DNA of 64,000 nucleotides from Candidatus Spechtbacterales bacterium (GCA_040879145.1 JBBDKX010000021.1:29256-93255), one strand, 5' to 3'; counted from the first letter of the stretch, positions 49,303 through 60,368 are shown. Notes: generated by a model from the letters alone, not told the origin. Translations and numbers: made by a program.

Positions 49303-49443
49303 TGTTTGTTTTTAGGAATAAAATTTTTAAAAAATCCTATATCCAAATTAATTATTTATTTTATATGGCAACTTACCTAATTAAGTATATCACAATTTAA
49401 ATAATTTATAAAAGCAAAAGCACCAGAAAAACTCTGATGCTTT

Positions 49444-50325
49444 TTATGAAGCTATAAATTCTTTCACCACTTTATTAAATTCCTCAGGATTTTCGCGGGC
49501 CGGCCAATGTCCGGCATTTTTGAATATATAAAGTTTGCAATCCTGAAAAAGTGTGGATGCTCTGCGGGCTTGCTCAACAGAAAACAGTGGATCAAGCTCT
49601 CCCCAAATAACAAGAGTTGGCACTTCAATACGATGAAGCTTGTCGTCTCTTCTTATCGCTTTTTTCTGTCCACGCAGGCCAAATCCGTGCCTGAACAGCT
49701 TAAGAAACGTACCCCTGTTCTCCTCTCGGGTATTTTTAAGCCGCGCGGGCTCAGGAGGAGTAAGGGCATATTCAAAAATTGCTCCCAATATCTTACCTAT
49801 CTTCGGGACCGCACTTGCTCTGCTTATCCAGTTCTCCGCGTCTTCAATGCCATGATAGTCCAAATACTTCCATAGCTCCCCAACTCCAGGAAGGGTTAAA
49901 AGACGGTACGCAAACTTAATATCTTTACTAAGTCCCGCGCTACCCATAAGAATAAGTTTAGAAATATTCCCTGAAAACTCAAGGGCATAGTCCAGTGCCG
50001 CCAACCCGCCCAAAGAGCCACCAAGTAGCACGGGATTTTCTATATCAAAATGCCTGCGAAACTGCTCTATAAACACCGTTGCTGAAAATATTGACATCTC
50101 ATGTCTATACAAAGGTTCGGATTGACCGAATCCCGGAAAATCAAAAGCGTAAACAGTGTTTGTTTTAGCAAGCTCAGGAAAATGTTCTTCCCACTGAAAT
50201 AGAGACCTTCCAAGGCCGTGAAGAAGTATTATAGGAGGGCCACTGCCGGCCTTCGCGTAATGTATCCTTCTTCCCGCAATTTCTACAAAATCAGGTACAA
50301 ATTGGAACTCTTCACTCAAGGTCAA
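49444..50325 (-). CDS. Alpha/beta hydrolase
   Basis: LLHG, DFPGFGQS, GGSLGG, WGELD, AGHW. Confidence 0.9.
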   Translation of the reverse strand: MTLSEEFQFVPDFVEIAGRRIHYAKAGSGPPIILLHGLGRSLFQWEEHFPELAKTNTVYAFDFPGFGQSEPLYRHEMSIFSATVFIEQFRRHFDIENPVLLGGSLGGLAALDYALEFSGNISKLILMGSAGLSKDIKFAYRLLTLPGVGELWKYLDYHGIEDAENWISRASAVPKIGKILGAIFEYALTPPEPARLKNTREENRGTFLKLFRHGFGLRGQKKAIRRDDKLHRIEVPTLVIWGELDPLFSVEQARRASTLFQDCKLYIFKNAGHWPARENPEEFNKVVKEFIAS

Positions 50326-50454
50326 TCACCTCCTTTCTTTTACCCTAAGTTGTGTGATGAATTTTTATGTACTGTGTAATTTATATCACAACTAACTAAA
50401 AAAAACAAGGTTGACACCTTGTTTTTTTTAGTTAGTTGATATGTTTATTTGTAT

Positions 50455-51096
50455 TTACTGCGTTATTGAAATTCCTGTTGCATAAGCATCCCTGTCTGTT
50501 GTGTTAATTGTGTATATTGCGTCCCAGTCCCAGTCATTATTTAAAAATACACTCTCACTGGTTATCCATCTCTTTGTTCCTGTGTCTCCCTTAGGAACAA
50601 GCATATACACTTTAGGGTCTCCCGCTGATGTGGCGCGTACAAAATTAGACGTCGTAAAAGAATCAAGAGTAGTCTTATTTACAGTCTGCACATCGTTCCA
50701 GTTAAAGTGCCCGTAGCTATCAAAAACATGGGGACTTAAAATAAGTCTCTTAAACTTCTCATTGCAAACATATTTTACAATGTAAATATCAATATCACCC
50801 TGTGCGCGTATAAGAGCGCCGTCAGTGATTCCTGTGATAGTTGTTGCTGCCTGATTAAACGCGCACACTTGGGAATTAACACCGCCCAAAGTATTGACTC
50901 CCGCAACCGTCCCTCCTGTGCTACCGGATGTGCTACCCCCTCCCGTATTGGGCACCTGATTAGCGCAACGATAAATATATCCGTTACTATCTTTGCAAAG
51001 ATAGTTTGCAAAAACATCGGCGGGTACGATAAAAACACCCGCAATCATAGATATCGCCACCCAGAAAACTACTGTTTTTTTGATGTTTAATGTCAT
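50455..51096 (-). CDS. Secreted hypothetical protein
   Basis: Signal peptide; DGALIRA..DIDIYIV repeat-like domains. Confidence 0.7.
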   Translation of the reverse strand: MTLNIKKTVVFWVAISMIAGVFIVPADVFANYLCKDSNGYIYRCANQVPNTGGGSTSGSTGGTVAGVNTLGGVNSQVCAFNQAATTITGITDGALIRAQGDIDIYIVKYVCNEKFKRLILSPHVFDSYGHFNWNDVQTVNKTTLDSFTTSNFVRATSAGDPKVYMLVPKGDTGTKRWITSESVFLNNDWDWDAIYTINTTDRDAYATGISITQ

Positions 51097-51184
51097 AATA
51101 TTTTATTCTCACTAAGTGGACATATTATAACATGTAACTAATTATTTGTAAATACCTACGTATGCACACAAAACTTCCTTTACC

Positions 51185-51790
51185 CTAAGACAACTTATGC
51201 AATAAGTTTGATAGTATCTTTATATCTTTTTCTGCCTTTTCTTTTGTGGTTTTAGAGTAAAGAGAGGCCGCGGGATGGTACATAGGCACTAAATATGCAT
51301 TTCCATATTCTGTTTTAACCCGTATAGAATGCCCGTGAATTTCCCTCATTGGCGCTAAACTATCTATGAGGCCATATTTTTTCATTAAGTACTCTGCCGA
51401 AAACCTACCAAGCGTTACAATTATAGCAGGTTTTATTATGTTTATCTCTCTGTCTAAAAAGGGGGCGTAAAGCTCTATTTCTTCAGAAGAAGGGTCTCTG
51501 TTTTCAGGGGGTCTGTCTTTAACTATATTTGTTATATAGACATCGCTTCTGCTTATTCCCGCAACAGATAAAAGTTTGTCTAAAACCCTGCCGGAAGCCC
51601 CGCAAAAGGGACTGCCTTGTTCTGCTTCGTTCTTTCCGGGAGCTTCGCCTACAAATACTATTTTTGCATCACAACTACCCTCGCCCATAACGTGAAGGTA
51701 GTCATTCTTTTTTCTATACTCATACAAAAGAGAGGTCCGCAGATTAGCGACCTCTCTTTTTATTTTTTCAAGTTCTTTTGCTTTATTCAT
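51185..51790 (-). CDS. Uracil-DNA glycosylase family 4
   Basis: FVGEAPG..E, PFCGASG, TNIVKDRPPENRDP, YHPAA. Confidence 0.92.
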   Translation of the reverse strand: MNKAKELEKIKREVANLRTSLLYEYRKKNDYLHVMGEGSCDAKIVFVGEAPGKNEAEQGSPFCGASGRVLDKLLSVAGISRSDVYITNIVKDRPPENRDPSSEEIELYAPFLDREINIIKPAIIVTLGRFSAEYLMKKYGLIDSLAPMREIHGHSIRVKTEYGNAYLVPMYHPAASLYSKTTKEKAEKDIKILSNLLHKLS

Positions 51791-51889
51791 ATCTCAACGC
51801 TTCAATAGGACTCTTTTGGGCCGCCTGCCGCGCGGGGCAAATACCAAAAACTAATCCAACCAGACTTGATACCACAACTCCAAGAAAAG

Positions 51890-52540
51890 TTAACTTTTAG
51901 AAGCACGAATCATGAAAAGCCCTCCCACAGCAAAGGTGCCTCCAAATCCCATTATTAGAAGACTGATGAAAAAAGCAAATTGCGCCAAATAGTCAGCACT
52001 CACTCCCGCGCTAAGCTCTGCTAATAAGCCATGAACAAGCGGACTCCATGCAAGTTCCCTGACTTGAGAGTCCAGTGGATGCATGCGGTCAAAGTCAGAC
52101 CAGTACCTGCCATCAACAGGAACATCATACTCCCCCGCTTCAAATACTTCTCCCATGTACTCAGCATCTTCTTCAAGAGTAACTGTATGTTCGCCGTGCA
52201 TTACGTGATAACTAATTGTGGAAAACTGCACCATCAACTCATCAGATGTATTTACCAAAGGGTCGCCGGGATCCAAATTCCTTTCATTAAGCGGATATTT
52301 CCAATCATCTTTAAGCAGTGACAGAATTTCATTACCCGTATCCACGCTTCCTCTATCAACAAATTCGCCATTTTCGTTGTAGCTTAATTCTATCCCTTGT
52401 GCCTCATATACTGCACCCAGAGATTCCAGACCGGCCTGCGCTCTTAAAAACACAGCGCCTCCGACAGCCATAAAACCAAGTCCCGCCAACATAAATACAA
52501 CCCCGGCAAGTTTTAGATTTTTTTGCATTTTATTTTGCAT
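51890..52540 (-). CDS. Hypothetical membrane protein
   Basis: N- and C-terminal TMs around an acidic domain. Confidence 0.7.
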   Translation of the reverse strand: MQNKMQKNLKLAGVVFMLAGLGFMAVGGAVFLRAQAGLESLGAVYEAQGIELSYNENGEFVDRGSVDTGNEILSLLKDDWKYPLNERNLDPGDPLVNTSDELMVQFSTISYHVMHGEHTVTLEEDAEYMGEVFEAGEYDVPVDGRYWSDFDRMHPLDSQVRELAWSPLVHGLLAELSAGVSADYLAQFAFFISLLIMGFGGTFAVGGLFMIRASKS

Positions 52541-53138
52541 ATGAATATTATTTTAATTTTTAACTGTAAATAATAAATTATAGCAAACAAACTTTGCGGC
52601 CTTTTTTATTATACACCCGCCTTAACAAAAGAGGAAATATCAGCGGTATTTTTATGAAACAAGATATTTATTTATAGCTTTCTAAGATACCATCTGAATC
52701 ATGGCATATTGACCATAAGAGAAACCAACAAACATTATAAGAAAGCTGAGCAACAGAGCGTAAAATGCAGTTTCTAAGTATTCGTGTATGGTCTTCATGG
52801 TAATGTGTTAGATATTAAAATTTTTTATAACTTTATTCACATTATACAATCATACAAAATAACACGCAAGTCCTTAGTTACTTGCAACAACACGCCTGTG
52901 TCAGCGCTTTCACTCTTTATCTTCGTCCAAAGTTCCCTATATAGCTTGTTCATTTCTTTTTCATAAAACCAAACCCTTTGAAGAAGTTTTGGATACACCA
53001 AAAAAACAACTAAAACAAACACTACTCCATACAGGTAACGGTTTGGGTCGTCTATGCCAAAAAGAATTCTCAATATGGCCGTTACATATATTTTATAATG
53101 CCTATACTATAAAAACCCCGCAAAACGGGGTTTAAAAA

Positions 53139-53549
53139 CTAACATCCGGGAAAACCGTCCTCCCAACTACAGGGTCCTGAGTGGTTTTCATAGTACTCAC
53201 ATATCGCAGAACGTCCGCAACCGCCGAGCTTTATCAATTCCTGAGAAAGCTTCTGTCTTGTGTAATCTGCCTCTTCAGACTGCTTTCTCATTACCTGCAT
53301 AAACGAGCGTATAAGTGCCTTCTTCTTTAAGGGATCTGTCTCCCGCTCAACACTTGTGAACAGTTCGTCGTGCATGGCCTTTTTCATGTCACCTCCTATT
53401 TTCTCCCAATCACCCCTCAGGCGCTCACTGTCTGCTCCGTAATATTCTTCATATTTCCAATCAGCAGGACTCCAAAATGATGGGTAGAAAGAAAATATTT
53501 GGCTCATGCCGCGCAAAACGTTTTTCCATGAAATTCTAAACCTCTTCAA
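53139..53549 (-). CDS. Hypothetical protein
   Basis: TTG start with AGGAGG; D.E.LRGDWEKIGGDM motif. Confidence 0.65.
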   Translation of the reverse strand: MKRFRISWKNVLRGMSQIFSFYPSFWSPADWKYEEYYGADSERLRGDWEKIGGDMKKAMHDELFTSVERETDPLKKKALIRSFMQVMRKQSEEADYTRQKLSQELIKLGGCGRSAICEYYENHSGPCSWEDGFPGC

Positions 53550-53624
53550 GTTATTCCTCCTTTTTATGTACTGAACTTAAGATACATTAGCTCCCCTGTT
53601 TTTGCAACTATTGCGTTAACGCGT

Positions 53625-53948
53625 CTAACTTACGGAACTACCGGGCTCTACATCTTTTTCCGGAATCAAAAGAACAGGACCATCCTCAGAGCTTGCGGCA
53701 AGTAGCATTCCCTGAGATTCAAGTCCCATTAATTTACGGGGCTCAAGATTGGCAACTACAACTATCTGTCTGCCGACAATATCTTGAAAATTATATTTTT
53801 TTGCTATTCCGGCAAGTACCTGCCTTTCCTCTTCTTCTCCAACATCTACCACCAGCCTGAGTAGCTTATCAGAACCATCTACATTTTCCGCGCTCTTTAT
53901 CGTGGCTATTTTTAATTCAATTTTTGCAAAATCTTCAAAATTTATCAT
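53625..53948 (-). CDS. tRNA-binding OB protein (MetRS C-terminal/Trbp111-like)
   Basis: DKLLRL.VDVG, NLEPRKLMGLESQGMLLAA. Confidence 0.9.
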   Translation of the reverse strand: MINFEDFAKIELKIATIKSAENVDGSDKLLRLVVDVGEEEERQVLAGIAKKYNFQDIVGRQIVVVANLEPRKLMGLESQGMLLAASSEDGPVLLIPEKDVEPGSSVS

Positions 53949-54096
53949 GATTTTATTTATTAAATTATAGATTTTATACTAACACCCAAAACAAAAAAAG
54001 GGAATTTATTATTGACGCCAAAAATCAAAAGTGGTATGCTATGTGCAGTTACTTAAACAAATAAATTTCTGGCACCAATACGAAAGGAGGGAGATA

Positions 54097-54393
54097 GTGA
54101 CAACCATAAAAACAACATGCGACAATTGCAGGAATGTTGAAATCTTGGTCAAAGAAATGAAGGGTATAGTCCAAAACCCTGAAACAGGAAATGGTTTTTA
54201 TATATTCTTGTGTGTGGAGTGTGATACGCACCAAAAAAATCCCGCGAACAAAGAGGTAATCGCAGTTCTCTCAGCTTTAGGTATTTCCATCACTCTTGAA
54301 TTGACAGAAAAAGAAATTGATAATTTCTCCGTACAACTTGATAAATTGGAGGATGTAGTTGGCGCAATGGAAGCTGCCAAAAAAGAAAAATAG
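54097..54393 (+). CDS. Small CxxC..CxxC protein
   Basis: GTG start after AAAGGAGG; TTIKTTCDNC...FLCVEC. Confidence 0.7.
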   Translation: MTTIKTTCDNCRNVEILVKEMKGIVQNPETGNGFYIFLCVECDTHQKNPANKEVIAVLSALGISITLELTEKEIDNFSVQLDKLEDVVGAMEAAKKEK

Positions 54394-54489
54394 CACAAAA
54401 AAAATCCGCATACTAAATGCGGATTTTGTTTTGAAATTAAAAATATTTACCTTACGTCCCCTTCTGTTATATGCGTTTCCGGCATATTT

Positions 54490-57186
54490 TTAATTTATAG
54501 CGGGCTTTATTTCGGGATTTCCACCTGTTGCGCGATGAAATAATCCACCTCTTCGCATAACCCACTTTGTAAGCTCGATAAATAGTAATCTCACAATTCC
54601 CGATCCAAGAGCAAGAGATATGCCAAACATATCCAGAGGAACCGTTGAAAGCAATGTGTTTAACGCAGGTACATAAACTGAAGAAAACATAAGGAGCATA
54701 CCTACAACAATACCCATTATCAGATATTTATTGTTGGTAATGGAGGAATGGAAAATAGACTTATGCAGCCGCTTTACAGAAAATACATATATTAGCGTGT
54801 CTGTTGCTACCGCTGCAAAAATAACTGTCTGAATATACTGGGTCGGGTAGCCGGCCCAAACCAGCCAAAGGAATAAGCCGACTAAAATTAAATTACTAAA
54901 TATTCCAACAATACCGATAATGTACATCCCTAATCTGTCTAAAATAGGCTCTTTGCGCTTAAAAGGCTTTCGTTTCATTATATCTTCCTCTCCCGGTTCA
55001 AACGCAAGCGCTATGGCAGGTAAGCCGTCCTCAACAAGATTTGCCCACAGTATCTGCACTGCTGTAATAGGCAAAGGTAAGCGCAATATTAAAGCGGTTA
55101 AAACAAGCATTATCTCTGTAAACGCGTTTGAAATAACAAATATAGATACTTTGCGTATATTATCAAAAGCGATTCTGCCTTGGCGTATGGCCTCGCTTAT
55201 AGTAGTAAAACTATCATTCATTAAAACCAAGTCAGAAGCTTCCTTTGTTACATCCATGCCTGTACCCAAGGCAACTCCAATATCCGCATTTTTTAAAGCC
55301 GGAGCATCATTTACACCATCGCCGGTCATAGCTACAACTTCTTCCTTCAACCGTAAGGCCTCAATTATCTGCATTTTGTGTTTAGGGCTGGCGCGAGAAA
55401 TTATATCCACGTCCCCTATAATATTAGCCAACTCTTCCGCACTCATCTTGTCCAACTCACTTCCTTCAAGAATTGACTTTTCGGTATTCCTAAAACCGAG
55501 TTTGTCACCTATGGAGAGTGCTGTAAGCTTATGGTCGCCCGTTATCATAATTATCCTTATACCCGCCTCTCTGGCTGTTTGCAGAGATTCTGAAACATCC
55601 GACCTTATCGGATCACCAATAATAGCCGTGCCTGTATAAACAAGATTTTTAATCTCTTTTCGCAAAGATTCTGAATCTTCAAAATCCGTCTTTGCGCTAT
55701 CTTCCAAAACGCGTTCGGCAAGTCCTATTAACCGATAACCACTACTTGCAAGCTCATCAATTTCTCCCTGAATTTTTTTCTTCTCAGCATCGCTTTTTGT
55801 AGATATCTCAAGAAGTTCTTCGGGCGCTCCTGTAACAAAAACCTTAGTACCCCCCTCTGAATTGTGAAAAGACGCTATATATTTAGAATCAGAGTCAAAA
55901 GGAAGTGTTGCAATTCGCGGCATCTCGTCCAATGCTTTTTCTAAATCCCCCCCATTATCTATAAAGTATTGTAATTTGGCTTTATCGGTTGATTCTCCGC
56001 TTATCTCACCACCTTCCATTATCATCGCCTCATTAGCAAAAGCGAGCGCGAAACCTGCATTGTGTGCTTTATCTGTGTGCTTAAGATCTTCAACTTTCAT
56101 CTTGCCCTCTGTTAAAGTTCCGGTCTTATCTGTACAAATAACACTTGTAGAGCCCAAAATTTCCGCTCCAAGAAGTGTTTTTACTAATCCTTTTTTAGAA
56201 AGTATTCGCTGAGAAGCAACAGCAAGAACTACAGACATGGCAGCGGGTAAACCTTCAGGAATAGCGGCAACCGCAACCGCGACTGCAAGAGTAAACATCT
56301 CTGTAACATCCTCGCGCGCCAGCTCAGAAAAACTTCCGGCTCTTTCAAAAAGCCCTACTGCAACTATCACAGCAGCAAAAAATACAACAATCCAAGATAT
56401 TTTCTTACTCAAGCCCTCAAGACGTTTTTGAAGGGGTGTTTTTTCTTCTTCAACACTCGCTGTAAGTTTTGCTATCTCCCCAAGTTCGGTGTGCTCTCCT
56501 GTTGCAACAACAAGTGCCACACCATCGCCCTTTTCTATTACAGTTCCCGCGTGAACCATATTTACGCGTTCCGCCAAGTCTGTTTTCTCATCTAAATCCG
56601 CAACCTCTTTTTTAACAGGCATAAATTCACCTGTAAGTAGGGCCTCGTTAGTCTCTATATTCTTTGCTTCTATAATACGCGCGTCAGCGGGAACTTTTAC
56701 TCCGGCATGTAGTAATATAATATCCCCGGGTACCAATTCTTTAGAATCAACCTCTTTTAATCCGCCACCTCTTTTTACCTGAGCCTTTATGTTTACAAGT
56801 TTTTCAAGTTTCTCAAATAAGTTGTTAGAACGAAACTCCTGCCAAAAACCTATTAAAACGTTTATTAAAACGGCAAGAGTTATTACCAATGTATCTGCGT
56901 AAAGTTCTAAACTCCCGCTATGCCCGGCCTTGGATTCATGCACAGCAATCCACAAGGTAAGGCCGGCAGCTATCAGTAATATAAAAATTAAAGGGTTAAT
57001 AAACTGACTAAAAAACATTTGCCACCAGTGTTTTTCTTTTCCGCGCGGAAGTTCATTCAAACCAAAAGAGACCTGCCTTTCAGCAACCTCTTTTGTGGAG
57101 AGACCTCTTTCTGTGTCCACAGAAAGCTTCTCTTTTATCTCATCAAGAGTTTTTAAGTGCCAAAGCACACTTTCTTGCTTGTCCAT
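54490..57186 (-). CDS. P-type cation-transporting ATPase (P2A/Ca2+-like)
   Basis: LTGE, IPEGLP, DKTGTLT, TGDGVNDAPAL. Confidence 0.95.
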   Translation of the reverse strand: MDKQESVLWHLKTLDEIKEKLSVDTERGLSTKEVAERQVSFGLNELPRGKEKHWWQMFFSQFINPLIFILLIAAGLTLWIAVHESKAGHSGSLELYADTLVITLAVLINVLIGFWQEFRSNNLFEKLEKLVNIKAQVKRGGGLKEVDSKELVPGDIILLHAGVKVPADARIIEAKNIETNEALLTGEFMPVKKEVADLDEKTDLAERVNMVHAGTVIEKGDGVALVVATGEHTELGEIAKLTASVEEEKTPLQKRLEGLSKKISWIVVFFAAVIVAVGLFERAGSFSELAREDVTEMFTLAVAVAVAAIPEGLPAAMSVVLAVASQRILSKKGLVKTLLGAEILGSTSVICTDKTGTLTEGKMKVEDLKHTDKAHNAGFALAFANEAMIMEGGEISGESTDKAKLQYFIDNGGDLEKALDEMPRIATLPFDSDSKYIASFHNSEGGTKVFVTGAPEELLEISTKSDAEKKKIQGEIDELASSGYRLIGLAERVLEDSAKTDFEDSESLRKEIKNLVYTGTAIIGDPIRSDVSESLQTAREAGIRIIMITGDHKLTALSIGDKLGFRNTEKSILEGSELDKMSAEELANIIGDVDIISRASPKHKMQIIEALRLKEEVVAMTGDGVNDAPALKNADIGVALGTGMDVTKEASDLVLMNDSFTTISEAIRQGRIAFDNIRKVSIFVISNAFTEIMLVLTALILRLPLPITAVQILWANLVEDGLPAIALAFEPGEEDIMKRKPFKRKEPILDRLGMYIIGIVGIFSNLILVGLFLWLVWAGYPTQYIQTVIFAAVATDTLIYVFSVKRLHKSIFHSSITNNKYLIMGIVVGMLLMFSSVYVPALNTLLSTVPLDMFGISLALGSGIVRLLFIELTKWVMRRGGLFHRATGGNPEIKPAIN

Positions 57187-57194
57187 AAGTTAAA

Positions 57195-58292
57195 TTAAAC
57201 TAATTTTCCCCTGCTCACCCCCTTTTGCCACATCATCGCAACAATCACTGCTAAAGCTAAAAATACTCCGTACGCAAACAGCAATGTACCCAAACTATAC
57301 CCTTTCACGTAATCCATAAAAAACGCGAAATACAAAGATGCCATAACTAACGCGCCGTTTACAAATATTGGCTTCCTTAAACTTGCCAGTACGGACGTTT
57401 TTTCTTTTTCCAAATCACCCGCTTTAAAAGGTACAGCTGTAGCAAGCGGCGCAAAAATTATCATTAAAACTGCCGCAAATCCTGCCGTAAAAAGTAAGGA
57501 TAGTGTTTGTAAAATAAAGGCGGGAGATGATAATGTTGCATCGGCGTTCACAACATAGGATGCGAACTGACCCATGAGGGCAAGTCCCAACCCAACCCAT
57601 ACAATCTCAGCAATGCTCTGTATTGACCACATCTCTCTGTCGTCTAAACTAAAATCTCGCAGTGACCTGAAAAACACAAAAGACGCTATTGTGGTACCAC
57701 CTAAACTAAGCGCAAAACCAAGAGAGTGAATTGAAGACACTAAATCTCCGACGCCCGCAAATGACCCTATATTTATACCGAGACTTTCAAGACTAACCAA
57801 AGACACTATGAATATCAGCATAGAGCACATTGACGCAAACAGACACCATATACACCACTGCCTTAACAAAAACGCCTGCACAAACAAGAGATAGCAGGAA
57901 AAAAGAAAGGCTCCCGCTGTAAATAAAAGCACCAGCCAAATGGCTGTAGTATTAAAGTAATCTAAAAAGAAAACCATAATCCCATATATAAGGAATATCA
58001 AACCATAATAAAGCATTCCCAAATACTCAAGATGTATGCCCATAAATTTTGCGAAGCGACTATTAACAACGGTGTTGCAATTAGAACCCGTAGGACACAC
58101 AAGTTCTTTACCACTTCTTTTCGTTCTAAAAATATAGGTTGCTATACCAAAACCAACGGCCCCCACGGTCGCTACAAACGCGTAAAAACCCGCGGGCTTA
58201 GGCAAAAGAGGTAAAAAAGAAAACCCCACTATAGCAAGTAATAATAGAGAAAAGTATATATAATAGCTCTTGTTTATTTTTATTTTCATCAT
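57195..58292 (-). CDS. VKOR family membrane protein with extra TM domain
   Basis: C....C..V..S.F, WCIWC redox motif. Confidence 0.85.
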   Translation of the reverse strand: MMKIKINKSYYIYFSLLLLAIVGFSFLPLLPKPAGFYAFVATVGAVGFGIATYIFRTKRSGKELVCPTGSNCNTVVNSRFAKFMGIHLEYLGMLYYGLIFLIYGIMVFFLDYFNTTAIWLVLLFTAGAFLFSCYLLFVQAFLLRQWCIWCLFASMCSMLIFIVSLVSLESLGINIGSFAGVGDLVSSIHSLGFALSLGGTTIASFVFFRSLRDFSLDDREMWSIQSIAEIVWVGLGLALMGQFASYVVNADATLSSPAFILQTLSLLFTAGFAAVLMIIFAPLATAVPFKAGDLEKEKTSVLASLRKPIFVNGALVMASLYFAFFMDYVKGYSLGTLLFAYGVFLALAVIVAMMWQKGVSRGKLV

Positions 58293-58343
58293 TTTAAATT
58301 ATACCATCCATTGTTAATAATATAATATGGACAAAACCTATTT

Positions 58344-58787
58344 TTAAACCTTATCTCTATTCCCACCGACACCATTTTTCGAAGCACGTTTTTTATATAA
58401 TTCCACAATTCCGCCTTCAATATTTTGCACGATATTGCCTGCCCGCAAAAGCCGCGTTAATCTGGCAAATCTCAATATTCTCAATGCCTGGAAAAATCCG
58501 TTTGAAAACGGTATAGAGCCGAAAAAATCCAATAAATTCTGTTTAATATGCCTCCACTTTTTAGGAGCAAAATATACTCCCGCGCTAAAATCAGCAAGGA
58601 ATATATACGCTATTATAAGATCCAGCGCATTCATTCGCCTTAATGTTTCTTCCGTAACATTGTCGCCAAAAAACTCATAAGCAAGCATTCCCCCGCTGAT
58701 AAGTGCTAATGCGGCTATGATTATTATATACCAAAGCTTTTCCCTTAATTCTATTACAAAATATTTTATTTTATTAATGTTTTTCAT
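58344..58787 (-). CDS. Stand-alone voltage-sensor-like (S1-S4) protein
   Basis: S2 D...F..D, S3 LDFFGSIP, S4 ALRILRFARLTRLLR; no pore region. Confidence 0.75.
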   Translation of the reverse strand: MKNINKIKYFVIELREKLWYIIIIAALALISGGMLAYEFFGDNVTEETLRRMNALDLIIAYIFLADFSAGVYFAPKKWRHIKQNLLDFFGSIPFSNGFFQALRILRFARLTRLLRAGNIVQNIEGGIVELYKKRASKNGVGGNRDKV

Positions 58788-58790
58788 ACA

Positions 58791-59777
58791 TTAAAGATTA
58801 ACAAACAGCTGTGAGGCAGCAAAAAGAATATATATAGCAACGAGAACAAAGCCCTCTTTTCTGCTAATAGTGCTTTTTTTCTTGCGTAAGAAAAAAAGCA
58901 CTGTCAAAAATGCTGCCACTGTAAAAATAAGTCCAACAAAAAGGCTTAGTTTGTTCTCTAAATGTATTGGAGAAATTAAACTCACAATACCCAAAATCAA
59001 AGTGGAATTTATAACTCCGGAACCAAAAATATCGCCTAAAGATATGCCGCCCATTTTTCTGCGCACGCTTCTTATGCCTATTGTAAGTTCGGGCAAGCTT
59101 GTGCCCACACCTACTACTAAGACACCTACCAATATCCGGGATAAACCAAAGGCGACAGACAGGTTGCGCACACTATAGACTATAAGTATTGCTGCGGAAA
59201 TTAAAAAGGTAACGCTTGCTAAAAATACGGCTAAATTCTTAAAAAATTCTTTCCTGGTTTCTGCTTTATGGTGCACATGCTCAGCCAGATGCGGGCGGAA
59301 AACTTTTTTGCCCAATATCATATCATCAACATCAAGAAGGCGGATTATATTCCACGTAAAAAGCAGAAGTAAAATAGTTCCGTCTATTCTTGAAAGAGCT
59401 CCATCAAGCATCAAAACAAGAGGCGAGAGAAGCAGTGCCAGCTCAAAAAATCTGTTCTTGCGGAAATGCTCATAGTCTTTGAGGGCAATGTTCCCTCCGA
59501 CAATCGCAACTGTTCCTAAAATAAGAGTAAAATTTATAACATTGGTTCCTAAAATATCCCCGAACGAAAGTTCGGAAATCCCAAGAAGCGCGGAATTTAT
59601 TCCTACAGTGAGCTCAGGCAAAGAAGTTGCAAAGGCGACAAGCACAAACGAAAGCACAAATTCAGATATGCCTAAAAACCGGGCCATAGCTCCCAAAGAG
59701 CCTACAACACGTTTTCCGGATTGGATTAAAAGGAATATTCCAACTACTATAGCTAATACTGAAAACCCTATATGCAT
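58791..59777 (-). CDS. Cation/Ca2+ exchanger (YrbG-like CaCA)
   Basis: ATSLPE and GTSLPE alpha repeats, GDILGTN. Confidence 0.92.
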   Translation of the reverse strand: MHIGFSVLAIVVGIFLLIQSGKRVVGSLGAMARFLGISEFVLSFVLVAFATSLPELTVGINSALLGISELSFGDILGTNVINFTLILGTVAIVGGNIALKDYEHFRKNRFFELALLLSPLVLMLDGALSRIDGTILLLLFTWNIIRLLDVDDMILGKKVFRPHLAEHVHHKAETRKEFFKNLAVFLASVTFLISAAILIVYSVRNLSVAFGLSRILVGVLVVGVGTSLPELTIGIRSVRRKMGGISLGDIFGSGVINSTLILGIVSLISPIHLENKLSLFVGLIFTVAAFLTVLFFLRKKKSTISRKEGFVLVAIYILFAASQLFVNL

Positions 59778-59897
59778 GTTTTGTAATTATTTTTTATCTC
59801 TATTACTTTTAAATATAAATTTACGCGATATTACTCCCGTAGCTCCCAACACTACAAAAAGATGCTTATCCAAGTATTTAAAAACACAATTTTCATA

Positions 59898-60368
59898 CTA
59901 ATAAAACACTTTCATTATAACTACAACACTCCACCAGCACACAAAAGAAACCGTCGTCGATATGCCGGCTATTACCATAAACTTTTTCACGCGCGGAGTT
60001 TTTTGCTCCCACTCAGGCGCTAATTCGCTGAACTTGGGAGTAACCCACACATTCAGAAATATCCCGTTCAAAAAAAGTCCCAGCACTAAAAGCATTTTAA
60101 GCTTAAAAAGCCAGTACTGCTCTAAGCCCTCCAGGGGAATAAAGAGCAAAAAACCGCTCAAAGATATTAAAATCAAGCCGAGCCAAACTTGTATAGATAA
60201 TATGGGCGCTACTCGTGAAATTACAGAAATAAGCCCGGGCTTAAGTTTAAAAAAAAGTAAAAGCAGGTCTGTCGCAGTAACAGCTCCAATGGCAATAATA
60301 GATCCGGCAATATGAGTGAAAAGTATCCAGTTGCGATACTCTACAGCAAATTCTGTAATAAGTTCCAT
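59898..60368 (-). CDS. 4-TM hypothetical membrane protein
   Basis: H..G..IA.G, SG, KM.LV...NG. Confidence 0.7.
   Translation of the reverse strand: MELITEFAVEYRNWILFTHIAGSIIAIGAVTATDLLLLFFKLKPGLISVISRVAPILSIQVWLGLILISLSGFLLFIPLEGLEQYWLFKLKMLLVLGLFLNGIFLNVWVTPKFSELAPEWEQKTPRVKKFMVIAGISTTVSFVCWWSVVVIMKVFY

Noticed and set aside
52680-53073. Small hydrophobic minus-strand ORFs
   Set aside because: Weak starts and no motifs; they cannot be supported as genes.
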